Position numbers and translations under genes: made by a program. Positions 10,945-21,392 of a stretch of 35,810 nt of DNA are shown here, one piece after another. This DNA is from Macrostomum lignano. Its lineage: Eukaryota. The notes below the pieces were generated by a model. The model ran no database searches, was not told where the DNA came from, and was given only the letters and a program-made list of their open reading frames with translations. Positions within the stretch are counted from its first letter, which is position 1, and each line of letters opens with the position of its first letter. The DNA is taken from the NCBI GenBank assembly GCA_002269645.1, contig NIVC01004758.1:1-35810 (forward strand), written 5' to 3'.

Positions 10945-12050
10945 TGCACGGGAGTCTGACACTTGAGCACTCAGCAGAACTGGTCACACAGGAGTCTGAC
11001 ACTTGAGCACTCAGCAGAACTGGTCACACAGGAGTCTGACATTTGAGCACTCAGCAGAACTGGTCACACAGCAGTCTGACACTTGAGCAGTCAGCAGAAC
11101 TGATCACACAGCAGTCTGACACTTGAGCACTCAGCAGAACTGGTCACACAGCAGTCTGACACTTGAGCACTCAGCAGAACTGGTCACACAGGAGTCTGAC
11201 ATTTGAGCACTCAGCAGAACTGGTCACACAGCAGTCTGACACTTGAGCAGTCAGCAGAACTGATCACACAGCAGTCTGACACTTGAGCACTCAGCAGAAC
11301 TGGTCACACAGCAGTCTGACACTTGAGCACTCAGCAGAACTGGTCACACAGCAGTCTGACACTTGAGCACTCAGCAGAACTGGTCACACAGCAGTCTGAC
11401 ACTTGAGCACTCAGCAGAACTAGTCACACAGGAGTCTGACACTTGAGCACTCAGCAGAACAGCTCAGGATTGGTCACACAGGAGTCTGACACTTGAGCAC
11501 TCAGCAGAACTGGTCACACAGGAGTCTGACACTTGAGCACTCAGCAGAACTGGTCACACAGGAGTCTGACACTTGAGCACTCAGCAGAACTGGTCACACA
11601 GCAGTCTGACACTTGAGCACTCAGCAGAACTGGTCACACAGGAGTCTGACACTTGAGCACTCAGCAGAACAGCTCAGGATTGGTCACACAGGAGTCTGAC
11701 ACTTGAGCACTCAGCAGAACTGGTCACACAGGAGTCTGACACTTGAGCACTCAGCAGAACTGGTCACACAGGAGTCTGACACTTGAGCACTCAGCAGAAC
11801 TGGTCACACAGCAGTCTGACACTTGAGCACTCAGCAGAACTGGTCACACAGGAGTCTGACACTTGAGCACTCAGCAGAACAGCTCAGGATTGGTCACACA
11901 GGAGTCTGACACTTGAGCACTCAGCAGAACTGGTCACACTGCAGTCTGACACTTGAGCACTCAGCAGAACAGCTCAGGATTGGTCACACAGGAGTCTGAC
12001 ACTTGAGCACTCAACAGAACAGCTCCAGTTCACACAAAAGTCTGACACTT
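10945..12050. repeat. 40-bp minisatellite (CACACAG(C/G)AGTCTGACACTTGAGCACTCAGCAGAACTGGT) with periodic 12-bp insertion variants, in SGF29 intron 2
   Basis: About 26 units; ACAGCTCAGGAT-containing variants recur. Confidence 0.97.
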
Positions 12051-12084
12051 CTCAACATAAAATCAAATGGCAAAATCTCCTCAC

Positions 12085-12160
12085 CTCGAGACTCAGTCCT
12101 GACTTTTTCGCAGATTTTATTGATTGAGTCAATTGTGATGTCGCTGCTGTTCTTCTCTTT
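12085..12160 (-). CDS. SGF29: SGF29 exon 2: KEKNSSDITIDSINKICEKVRTESR
   Basis: TAG acceptor and GTGAGG donor; 76 bp keeps the frame; corresponds to the N-terminal coiled coil. Confidence 0.85.
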
Positions 12161-12244
12161 CTAGAAATGATGAGACCCATTAAAAATTAGCAGATTGGGC
12201 ATTGGAATAAAAACGATGACATTCTAAGCACATGCTGAACTTAC

Positions 12245-12316
12245 CACAGCCTTTTTCAATAATGAATGCAGCTGTGCCAGCTTGTCCTGCAGGAGTTCTT
12301 CTTTCTGCTTGGCCAT
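12245..12316 (-). CDS. SGF29: SGF29 exon 1 (coding start): MAKQKEELLQDKLAQLHSLLKKAV
   Basis: ATG at 12316-12314, GTAAGT donor, 84-bp intron. The spliced ORF totals 846 bp, 281 aa. Confidence 0.85.
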
Positions 12317-12937
12317 GTCAGACAAAATCTATTTGAATTTTAGCTTAGATGAAACTGTAATTCCTGAAACATAATGAAAATGTTAAACTTATGTTATGTA
12401 TCATGGTTACGTGACCTAACCTATAATAACAAAAATTTAATATAAAATATTCAATAACAATATCCTTATTTTATTAAGTAATTAAATATATCAACTTTTA
12501 AACTATTATGTATTTTTTAATATGAATTTTGCCTGAATAAAAGTTTTTAGATTGTAACAAAAACAAAAAATTATGATTTTTTCCTTTAGGCCAAAGAATA
12601 AAGGGTTGTTAGTTACTAAATATTTAAATACTAAAATGTATATATACCTCTATTATTTTTTTTGTTGAAAATTTTAGTATATAAAATAAGAGGCTTAGCC
12701 TTAGGCCAAAATATAGAAATGGCAATTTACTAAAATATACAAATTTTAGTTTTTTTTATTGGCACCTTAAAACAATTGCAAAATACAAAAGACTTTTCTG
12801 TTATATTAATTTATTAAAAAGTATATCAAAGCCTAATCATTATGCTTAATCTACTATTTAATAGGACTAGGACTAGTTTTTATAAGCTCATTTAATATAA
12901 AGCTAAATGTATCATTAATTATTACCAATACAAAAAA

Positions 12938-13431
12938 GGCATAACTATGGTTGTGTTCGTTATATTATTTCTTGTGTTGAATTTGTTCCAGCGCATGTAG
13001 AAATAGCTCGTTATATTATTTTAAGTTAAAAAAGATGACCCACCACCAAAAAAGTTCAAATTCGAGTTTGAAGTCACGAGAAAGATAATTAGACGGGATA
13101 ATAGTGTGACACCCAGTAGAGAAAGTTGCCAAACACATTTGTGGATTTAGATGGCGCCACAGAAATTCCTGCAGATGAGTTTCAAATAGACCATCATCCG
13201 TCCCATACATGTTGCGAAACTTCGCCTTGCAATGCGCACATGTTCCCTCAATAGTGTTCGTATAAACCGTTGGGTCCTGGGGGTCCACAAAATGGAGCCA
13301 GTGGTTTACAGATGTGTGATTTGGCAGTGCATTTGTAGGAAGAGGAGCCGATGGTCGTCCAGCCATTTCTATGTAAGCTGGAACAAATTCAAAACAAGAA
13401 ATAATATAATGAACAAAACCATAGTTATGCC
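12938..13431 (-). mobile_element. Internally deleted Merlin (IS1595/ISXO2-like) DNA transposon, 494 bp, with about 75-bp imperfect TIRs and a transposase C-terminal fragment
   Basis: Ends GGCATAACTATGG.../...CCATAGTTATGCC. The internal minus-strand peptide HTSVNHWLHFVDP.DP.VYTNTIEG..AH.K.KFR.MYG.....F.THLQEFLWR follows the ISXO2-type VNH...FV...TN.IE...EF.WR pattern. Confidence 0.8.
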
Positions 13432-13841
13432 AAAAAATCATTTGACACAATGTATCTTTTGTGTTATATATGCTGAGAGATATACCCTAATATATATTGA
13501 AAAATGGTAAGACCCTTGTTGTATGCCAGGAAATCTTGGCATACATGTCGCCTTCTGAACTATGGGCCTTGAGTTCTTCTAGCAATAGGGCTACAATCAA
13601 TGAGTTCAATTATTATATTTATGGCTCTGGGATATCTTAAGGGAGGCTGCCTTCCTATTGGTATTAGCTTATTATATTGGCTTTGCATTTAAAGACAATT
13701 TATGCTAAAACTTACCAAAAACATAAGTTCAATTTTTTGTATGCTCATAAGTGTCACAGTTTTTAAAGTCATTTCTATAAAAAGATAATAGGCCTATAGT
13801 TTATTGTTGTCCCAATGAAAGTCAAATAAATATTTTTGGTT

Positions 13842-13943
13842 ATCTTCAAGTTTCGTTCGTTTAATTCCAACACCCACCCCCACCACCCTTGAATAGAGGG
13901 CGAAATAATTCCGGAAATAATTAAACGAACGAAACTTGAAGAT
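13842..13943. repeat. Perfect 25-bp inverted repeat with a 52-bp spacer (hairpin or mini-MITE)
   Basis: ATCTTCAAGTTTCGTTCGTTTAATT (13842-13866) is the exact reverse complement of 13919-13943. Confidence 0.85.
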
Positions 13944-14489
13944 TGCCATATTTTTAATTTTAAAGTTTTTCTTTTAGGCCTAGTTAATGAAAAAAGAAAA
14001 AAATATTGAAGAAAAAGCCTTGGTGAACTAAGAACATTTGCCCATGGTCATAACAGCATTAACTAGCATAATCCATAATATTAATCAAATTCTAATCTTA
14101 CCAGCCACATTTAGTGACATTTTATTGAAAGTCTATTTCTCATATAAAAAACGTCAAATAATTCATTAGCAAAGAACACTGAAGCAAAGTACATTTTTAT
14201 TGAAAATCTCGATCGATTAATTAGGCATGCATGTATATTATTTTAATTATTAAATTAAACAAGTATACTCACTGAACTAAAATAATAATTTATATTTTTA
14301 ATCTCAGTAAAAGTCGAGATTTGAATTTTGGTTTTCAAATTTTGTTACATGTACCATAACTCATAAAAATAAAAACTTGAACTTATGTTCCAAAAAATAA
14401 TATAATACTATAATGATAAATGAACATTTCTTTTCTTAAGCTTTATTTATGTTTAAAAATATGTTTAAACCAGAACTTCTCTTTCTATT

Positions 14490-14820
14490 TTTTCGCCAGT
14501 TTAAAAATAGAATAACAATTTCGGACTGTTTCTCTTATTATTTCTGAACTTATACTTTACGTGGTTACGTCGACTGCTTAAATTGTTGTCAGGCTCACCG
14601 TGTAGCGTTCGTGATTGTGAACTTGCTTAGACACCTGATAAGTCTTTAATTACATTTTTCAAGGATCATGCTCTTCGTCTTCGACAATCGACTTCAATGG
14701 TTTCAATCAAACAGCATTGAATAGGCCTAGGCCCTACGACTGAAAAAAGACGACTTTTAAACTAGGCCTATGTTCTTGTTGCAAGAATGAACTGTTGCCA
14801 AAGTTATTGGCGACCTTTAA
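14490..14820. promoter_or_regulatory. Candidate bidirectional promoter for SGF29 and shugoshin (CpG-retaining patch)
   Basis: 14 CpGs in about 330 bp inside an otherwise CpG-poor region between divergent genes; a minus-strand donor-like CG|GTGAGC lies at 14598. Promoter role is inference. Confidence 0.45.
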
Positions 14821-15277
14821 CACAAGTTCCAGAGTCAGACAAGGCATGAAAGGGTTATCAATATTAAGTAATATATACAATTGATCACTTTTGGAGCCAT
14901 AGGCCCTAGGCCTAATAGAAATGCATCGATAGACACTTGTGTTTGCAAGTGCGCAGGCAGTTAAACTTTGATCCTACATGAGCTGATGAGCAGCTGCTAG
15001 CTGCATAGAATACTAGAAACACATTTTCATGCTCATTGATGGGCATAGTTAGGCCTAGGCTTAACCTAACTTTATTAGGTTATTTGTTATTCTTTGAGAT
15101 ATAAAAGAGTTTTTGTTTTATGCAGTTTTGATTTTGCAGTATATAATTTTGGCTCTGCCCAAGGTTGTCATATTCTATATTGTCATATATAGTTTACAAG
15201 GAAAGCAACTAAACTAAATTATCTAAATTGTTATTAATATTAATCTTAGCATTTTATGCTGAATGAATATAAAGAAA

Positions 15278-16002
15278 GGAAGTGCTTATCCCCACAGTCC
15301 CGTGCTGATAATTCCAATTTTATCCACAAATCCATGTCAATAATTTCTAGCTTATCCCCACAGCAGCTTATTTAAAATAATAGCTGTCACCATTCAAGTC
15401 TATATAAGCCATGTCAATAATTACAATTTTAACCACATTTTAACCATAATTTTCAGCTTATCCCATGGCTAAGATTGTTCAATTGTTTGTGTTTAGTTTT
15501 GTGTATTGATGTTAAATTGATATTTTTATTATTATTAAAATATTATTAGGCCCATAATATAGTTGAATTTTGCAAGTCTTATTTCTCTCAATCCTTGAGA
15601 TGTTTGGTTGTTCTAAGTAGGCCTAAAGCCAGCAGCTAAGCAAATATTTAAAATTAACCCTTTTAATGACAAAAAGTTTTAACAAAGTACTTACTTGATA
15701 CTATTTAGTATTCAATATATATAGTTTATTTAGAAGATTTATAAAATAGTGAAAACAAAAATATAGTTTTTGAACATATTCATTTCAAGGTTCTTTATTC
15801 CAATAAGCTGCCATAAGGATAAGCTGGAAATTATTGACATGGATCTATGTGGATAAAATTGGAATTATTAACACGGCTTATAGACTTGAATGGTAGTAGC
15901 TATTTCAATAAGCTACCATGGGGATAAGCTGAAAATTATTGACATAGATCTATGTGGATAAAATTGGAATTATCGGCATGGGACTGTGGGGATAAGCACT
16001 TC
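15278..16002. mobile_element. Non-autonomous foldback / Mutator-like element, 725 bp, with about 200-bp internally repetitive TIRs
   Basis: The left end GAAGTGCTTATCCCCACAGTCCC... mirrors the right end ...GGGACTGTGGGGATAAGCACTTC. A flanking direct repeat TATAAAGAAA lies at 15268-15277 and 16003-16012. Confidence 0.85.
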
Positions 16003-16539
16003 TATAAAGAAATGAATATAATATCTTATACCTTCTTTTTCCTACCTTCCAAATACAATTTCCTAAGTATAAAAAGTGGCAAGTCTCTTCTTTAAAATGT
16101 CTTAAATTGCAATTAATTTTGTTTTATATTTTAAGAGATATATGTACACTTAAGTAGAGAGAAATTGGTCATAGACTTATAAAAGACCAAATAAGGCTAA
16201 ACCAGTTATGTTAAAAAAATCTTCACTGTTGCTTAATTTTGATCATTAGTCATCAAATAGATAGCCTTAGCCTATACATTCAAAGACTAGGAAACAACAT
16301 GCTATGCTATATTTATACTTTGGAGATCTAGGTGCAAAGCAGTTGATATTCTATTTTCCTTGTAATTTCAAACTGCACATAGAGACAATTCTATTAGCAC
16401 AATGGTAGTGAACAAGTTAGTAAACAAGTTCAGTCGTGGAAGAACAAACATGAACTAGAACTAAACTGACCAAAGGTCCATGCCAATGGCAACCTTGTCT
16501 TGGATATATTCTTGACGTGATTGATAAAGACTGTTATCA

Positions 16540-16840
16540 AAGTATCCATAAACTCTATCCTACTACTCCATTAGAAAGATAATGATGAATAGGCAGGTAA
16601 ACAACTTTAAGGATGGAAGAACTGACATGAGTGAACATAATAAGGTTAGGATAAGATCTATGATACTGGCCTAATGGATCATATTCTCAACTTAATCAAT
16701 GAAGACTGCCACCAAAGCATCGACAAAATAGCCAATAGACTAGATTGTTCAGTCTAGATAGTTTACAAGTATTTGCAAAATATTATTCATGTCATGCTAA
16801 ATGCCTATTGGGTTTCCTAATGGCTCATTAAGGATATGAG
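16540..16840 (+). pseudogene. Highly decayed mariner-type transposase N-terminal fragment
   Basis: The broken frames FKDGRTDM and ILNLINEDCHQSIDKIANRLDCSV*IVYKYL...WVS*WL resemble the mariner HTH region ending at the WVPxxL motif; stops and a frameshift are present. Confidence 0.5.
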
Positions 16841-18827
16841 GTAGATTGTCTATATAGAAGGCTTGTGTCTAGGCTCTGTAAGTCTATGACCAATCTTCCT
16901 TTACTCAAGTACATATATCTCTTAAAATATAGATCCAAATTGATGGCACTTTAAGTCATTTAAAAGAAAAGACTTGCTGCTTTCAAACAATACCAAACTT
17001 TTGTAAATGCAACTTACCAAACGTCTGCTACAAGTAAAACTAATACTACTTTCCGAATAATACCCTTATAAATATGTGGTATATGCCTTTTTTGGTCAAA
17101 TTTGTCATATTTAATTGTTTTAGTTTTATAGATTTGGTCAAGTTATAATATGACAATTTTGAATATAATGATTTTGACTGTACTCTATAATTTCTTATTC
17201 TTAATTTGATGATAATTTTAAATATACTTAAGGGATATAGGTCATTTTAGTGACAAGTCATTTTGGTGACAAGTTGCTTCTATGAGATAAGTATGACAGA
17301 CATGCTCTACCTTATGGTAAAAATGAAAGATTCAAAGAGTTGAGCATTTTAGTGATAGTAGACACTTTAAAATATCAGTTTGTAATCATTTTGTTAAAAT
17401 TAAAGTTGTGTATAAGGGCTATTTCAAAAAGTCTATCAAAAAATAAATGCATATATAACTTAAAAAATAATCAAGCTAGGCCTACAATTATATATTGTTT
17501 TTGTGCAGATTGTTTTGAGTTTTTCCTAGAGTATTCAGATACAAACATAGAGGATCCTCCTTGTAAAAAGCCCACCAAGAAAAACAAAAAATTATTCACC
17601 AAATTTGAAAAGCATACAAATATGAAAAATCAAGACTATATCTATGCAGTGTCTAAATAAAATGAAATGAATTAACATTTTACTATTTTAGCAAACCCTG
17701 GAAATTTTAGGTTTCATATCAGTTAAGATTTTTAAGATAATTTTCTGCTTAAAAACCATAATCGCTGTTACCAAAAAGGTCTTTTTCTTGTCATTAGGCC
17801 CTAAAATGACTATAGACCTGCTCAAATACATAGGCATAGACCTAGCAATAGAAATCATGCACCTAGGCCAGTATCCATGCTTTGTAGTGCCTATGCTTTT
17901 GGAGTTTTAGTTGTTAGTCATTTTTTATCTGTTGTTTTGTTATCCAAAGTGTCAACCCCATTAAAAAAAGTAACTTGTGCCATAGGTTGACATTGACAAT
18001 CATTTTGTCTACTGCCAGTTTGTCTACTATTTTTTGTCTATGATAATACAATATTATGGTGGCCAGAATGTGTGACTGGCAAGTGCCAATGCAGATTTAT
18101 TTGAACCCTCCCCAACCTCCATCTAGCTCTAATGGGATAGGTGCACTAAGCTAGTTGGCTCACTAAGCTGGGGGGTTTGCAAAGTCTATTGTGCCACCTT
18201 TTTGTACTTCCTTAGGCTGCTCAATCTTGTGCTATTTGTAAATCTAAATGAATGTACAAATTAGCTCTAAATCTTCATTGCCATTACATCTATTAAATTT
18301 AAACTTAAACTATTAAACTTAATATAGTCATTTTGTCTATCACAAAATATTAAATATAACATTTTTAGTGTTAAGACTCATCATAAGCTTATAATAAGAG
18401 AGGCCTAGTAGTTAGATAATAAACTTACTTTTTTATTATTATAACTATTATAACTAAAAATATTTGCATTCTTTTGTCTTATAATATCCACACCCAATTG
18501 ATTACTTGTGTCAATTTTGTTATACAATAAGAAAATTATACAATAAGAAAATTGCAAAATTGCAAAAAAATGAATTGTAGCTTTCTACAGCACAATCCTT
18601 ATATTCACTTTCGTTATATGATACCCTCAATAGAAAATTTCTTTAATGATTATGAATGTGCAAATTGTAAAACTCATTTTGTACTTTTCACAAGCTTCTA
18701 CTTGAAAATTTTCATTTCAGAAATAAATTCAAGGTTTCAAAGGGTCAGTTTTAAAGAAAGCTTAATTTATCATAGCAGAAAAATCACTCAAGTACCAAAG
18801 CGCTAAGCCTCTGCCAACTAAAAACCC

Positions 18828-21092
18828 ATGCCATTAGCAAGCGCGGCTCTGAAGCACCGCACTCAGTATCATGGCGGCGCCAGTGCCAGGCCTGGCAGCT
18901 CCGGGCGCGCCATTGCTGGCGCATCCAACTTGGCCAGACACGTGCGAGATGAAGGTCTGAAAGAGAACAGGATTGCACCGCTGATGAGCTGCAATGCTGC
19001 AGCTGCTGGCAAGGAGAGGGCCCTGCAAGCTCAGCAGAAGCTGGCGCACGATCAGGTGGCGAGTCTCACTGCCCGAGTGAAGCAGCTTGAGCTGGAGAAC
19101 AGCAGCCTGCGCAGGTGCCTTGCTAATGTTAACAATTGTCGGGCCATGTTTATGGAGGTGCATTCTCAGGCTATCCTGTCGCTTGAGCACCTGTCAAAAT
19201 GTGTGCAGCTCAGCCAGTCTGCTCTGGATGAGCTGGCCCTGGCCGCGCCACCAACCAAGGATGCGGCTGCTGCCGAGTCTCGTCTTCCAGTGGCTACCGT
19301 TGCCGCAACTGTCAGTCAAGATTTGCAGCCCCAATCCACTACTACTACTACTACTCAAAGTAGCAGTGAGAGCGGTGCAGCTGTGCCAAAATCTACTACA
19401 GCTGTGCTGAAGTCCCGTCGAACTGTTGTGATCGAACCGGCGCCTGGCCTTGCCGCATCGGGTGAGTCCAGCAGCGAGTCATTGGTTATCAAACAGCAGC
19501 TGTCAAGGCAGCTGACGCCGCTGATGGAGTGCTCCGAGGCGGCTGGGAGGGCCAGCTTGAATTGCTCAGCGAGAGGATCCTTGCCGAATGATCAGGTCGC
19601 GTTTCTTGAGCAGGATAAACCTCAACAACAACAGCAGGATAAACCTCAACAACAACATCAGGATAAACCTCAACAACAACAACAGGATAAACCTCAACAA
19701 CAACAGGATAAACCTCAACAACAACAGCAGGATAAACCTCAACAACAACAACAGGATAAACCTCAACAACAACAGCAGGATAAACCTCAACAACAACAAC
19801 AGGATAAACCTCAACAACAACAGCAGGATAAACCTCAACAACAACAGCAGGATAAACCTCAACAACAACATCAGGATAAACCTCAACAACAACAGCAGGA
19901 TAAACCTCAACAACAACATCAGGATAAACCTCAACAACAACAGCAGGATAAACCACAACAACAGCAGCTGAATCAGTCCAATCAGAGTCGGCATGAGAAG
20001 TCGCGCCACTCTCTGCCACACGAGTCAATGGAAGTTCAGCAGGAGTTGAACCAGCTGCCAGAGATACCGGCGGAACAGAACAAGCCCGCAGCTGGGTTGC
20101 AACGGAAGGCTTTAAAGTTAAAGCCGCAGCCAAAGCAGCAGCGGAGGCCTCAAAGGCGCAGTCAATTCGTTCGAAACCAGGAGCAGAAATCGCAAGTCCA
20201 CCAGCGGTCAGCCGAAGAGCTTCAAAACCCGACGGAGAACCCTTTCATCCCCCGGCACCGGCTGGCTCGAACTCCGCCTAAGTGCGGCGCCGACACCAGC
20301 GCTGCTGCCAGCGGCAACGGCAACGCCACTTTCGACCAGCTTTCACCGCCGTCTCCGCAGGCGCCGTCAGAGCCTCGGCCAGCGACGCTCTCGCCGACCT
20401 CATCGTTGAAGCTCATCGGCAAGCAGCTGGCGCCATCCATACAGCAGAGGCGCCCGGTCGCCAACCGCGCTGCTGGCAGTCACCAGCGTCGGGGAACCTT
20501 CGTCATCAACCAGCCTCCGCCATCCACAGCGACTCCATCGCCTCCCTCGCCGCCGCCACCTCCGTCGCCGCCAGCCATTGTCCTGGACGTTCGACACGCG
20601 CTTGTCTTGTCGCCGCCACCGCATCCGAGGCTGTCAACCTTGCCTGATCAGCCGGACTTCGCCGAGCTTCCCGATTGGCCGGACACTGCTCGAGCCTCCG
20701 TGTCCACCGCGATGGGTGACGCGGCCGCTTGCTCCTTGACAGCGAAGGTGCTGACTCGCGAGCTGCGCGTTGCTCCCAGGCCCTCCCTGCTGCCGAAGCC
20801 CCTGCTGTCTCCGCCGTCCGCGGCGAAGACCAGCGCGCCGCGCCGCTCGTCTCTGATGGCGCCGCCCGCCGCTGCCGACGAAGCGCCCGCCACCAAGCGG
20901 CATCGCCGGAAGCAGTCTTCAACCGCCACCACCGTCGCCTCGGCGGAATCGTCCGCTGCGTGCGCCGACCTGACCGGCGAGGCTGCCGCCGTCAACTCGT
21001 CAGCGCCTCTGCGGCCTCGCCGTCAACGAGCGGCGGCCGTCAACTACAAGGAGCCCAGCGTTAATACGAAACTGCGACGCTGCGACAAGTGA
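18828..21092 (+). CDS. SGO1: Shugoshin (SGO family), 754 aa, uninterrupted CDS
   Basis: The C-terminal RPRRQRAAAVNYKEPSVNTKLRRCD is the basic SGO motif. An N-terminal coiled coil (LTARVKQLELENSSLRR), a KEN sequence and a long S/P/Q-rich middle are present. SGO1 versus SGO2 cannot be resolved. Confidence 0.9.
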   Translation: MPLASAALKHRTQYHGGASARPGSSGRAIAGASNLARHVRDEGLKENRIAPLMSCNAAAAGKERALQAQQKLAHDQVASLTARVKQLELENSSLRRCLANVNNCRAMFMEVHSQAILSLEHLSKCVQLSQSALDELALAAPPTKDAAAAESRLPVATVAATVSQDLQPQSTTTTTTQSSSESGAAVPKSTTAVLKSRRTVVIEPAPGLAASGESSSESLVIKQQLSRQLTPLMECSEAAGRASLNCSARGSLPNDQVAFLEQDKPQQQQQDKPQQQHQDKPQQQQQDKPQQQQDKPQQQQQDKPQQQQQDKPQQQQQDKPQQQQQDKPQQQQQDKPQQQQQDKPQQQHQDKPQQQQQDKPQQQHQDKPQQQQQDKPQQQQLNQSNQSRHEKSRHSLPHESMEVQQELNQLPEIPAEQNKPAAGLQRKALKLKPQPKQQRRPQRRSQFVRNQEQKSQVHQRSAEELQNPTENPFIPRHRLARTPPKCGADTSAAASGNGNATFDQLSPPSPQAPSEPRPATLSPTSSLKLIGKQLAPSIQQRRPVANRAAGSHQRRGTFVINQPPPSTATPSPPSPPPPPSPPAIVLDVRHALVLSPPPHPRLSTLPDQPDFAELPDWPDTARASVSTAMGDAAACSLTAKVLTRELRVAPRPSLLPKPLLSPPSAAKTSAPRRSSLMAPPAAADEAPATKRHRRKQSSTATTVASAESSAACADLTGEAAAVNSSAPLRPRRQRAAAVNYKEPSVNTKLRRCDK
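19611..19967 (+). repeat. Coding 24-bp minisatellite, 15 units encoding QDKPQQQ(Q/H)
   Basis: CAGGATAAACCTCAACAACAACAG-type units; one unit is 21 bp; the frame is preserved. Confidence 0.97.
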
Positions 21093-21239
21093 TGGGGAAA
21101 TTTATGCGTATTTGGCTTGGTTTTTCCTACCTCTGAGGCATCCCTACCGGAACTTTAACCATTGGATGATTGCAACTAATGGGATAATCGTTAATATGTA
21201 AACTAGTTTCATAGTAACAGATAGCTTTGATTTAATTAA

Positions 21240-21392
21240 GGATTCTGATCCCCATAGCTCAATACGAGAGCTGCAATCACATCTGAGGATTCTGATCCCC
21301 ATAGCTCAATACGAGAGCTGCAATCATATCTGAGGATTCTGATCCCCATAGCTCAATACGAGAGCTGCAATCACATCTGAGGATTCTGATCC
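21240..21392. repeat. 47-bp tandem repeat, 3 copies plus a partial, downstream of the shugoshin stop
   Basis: Unit starts at 21240, 21287, 21334 and 21381. Confidence 0.95.

Noticed and set aside
10380-12050. CRISPR-like appearance of the 77-bp and 40-bp arrays
   Set aside because: Units abut without unique spacers, no cas genes are present, and the context is a spliced eukaryotic intron.
17340-17660. 106-aa AT-rich ORF as a gene or transposase
   Set aside because: No recognisable motif; composition matches the surrounding non-coding DNA. It could be a relic but is unsupported.
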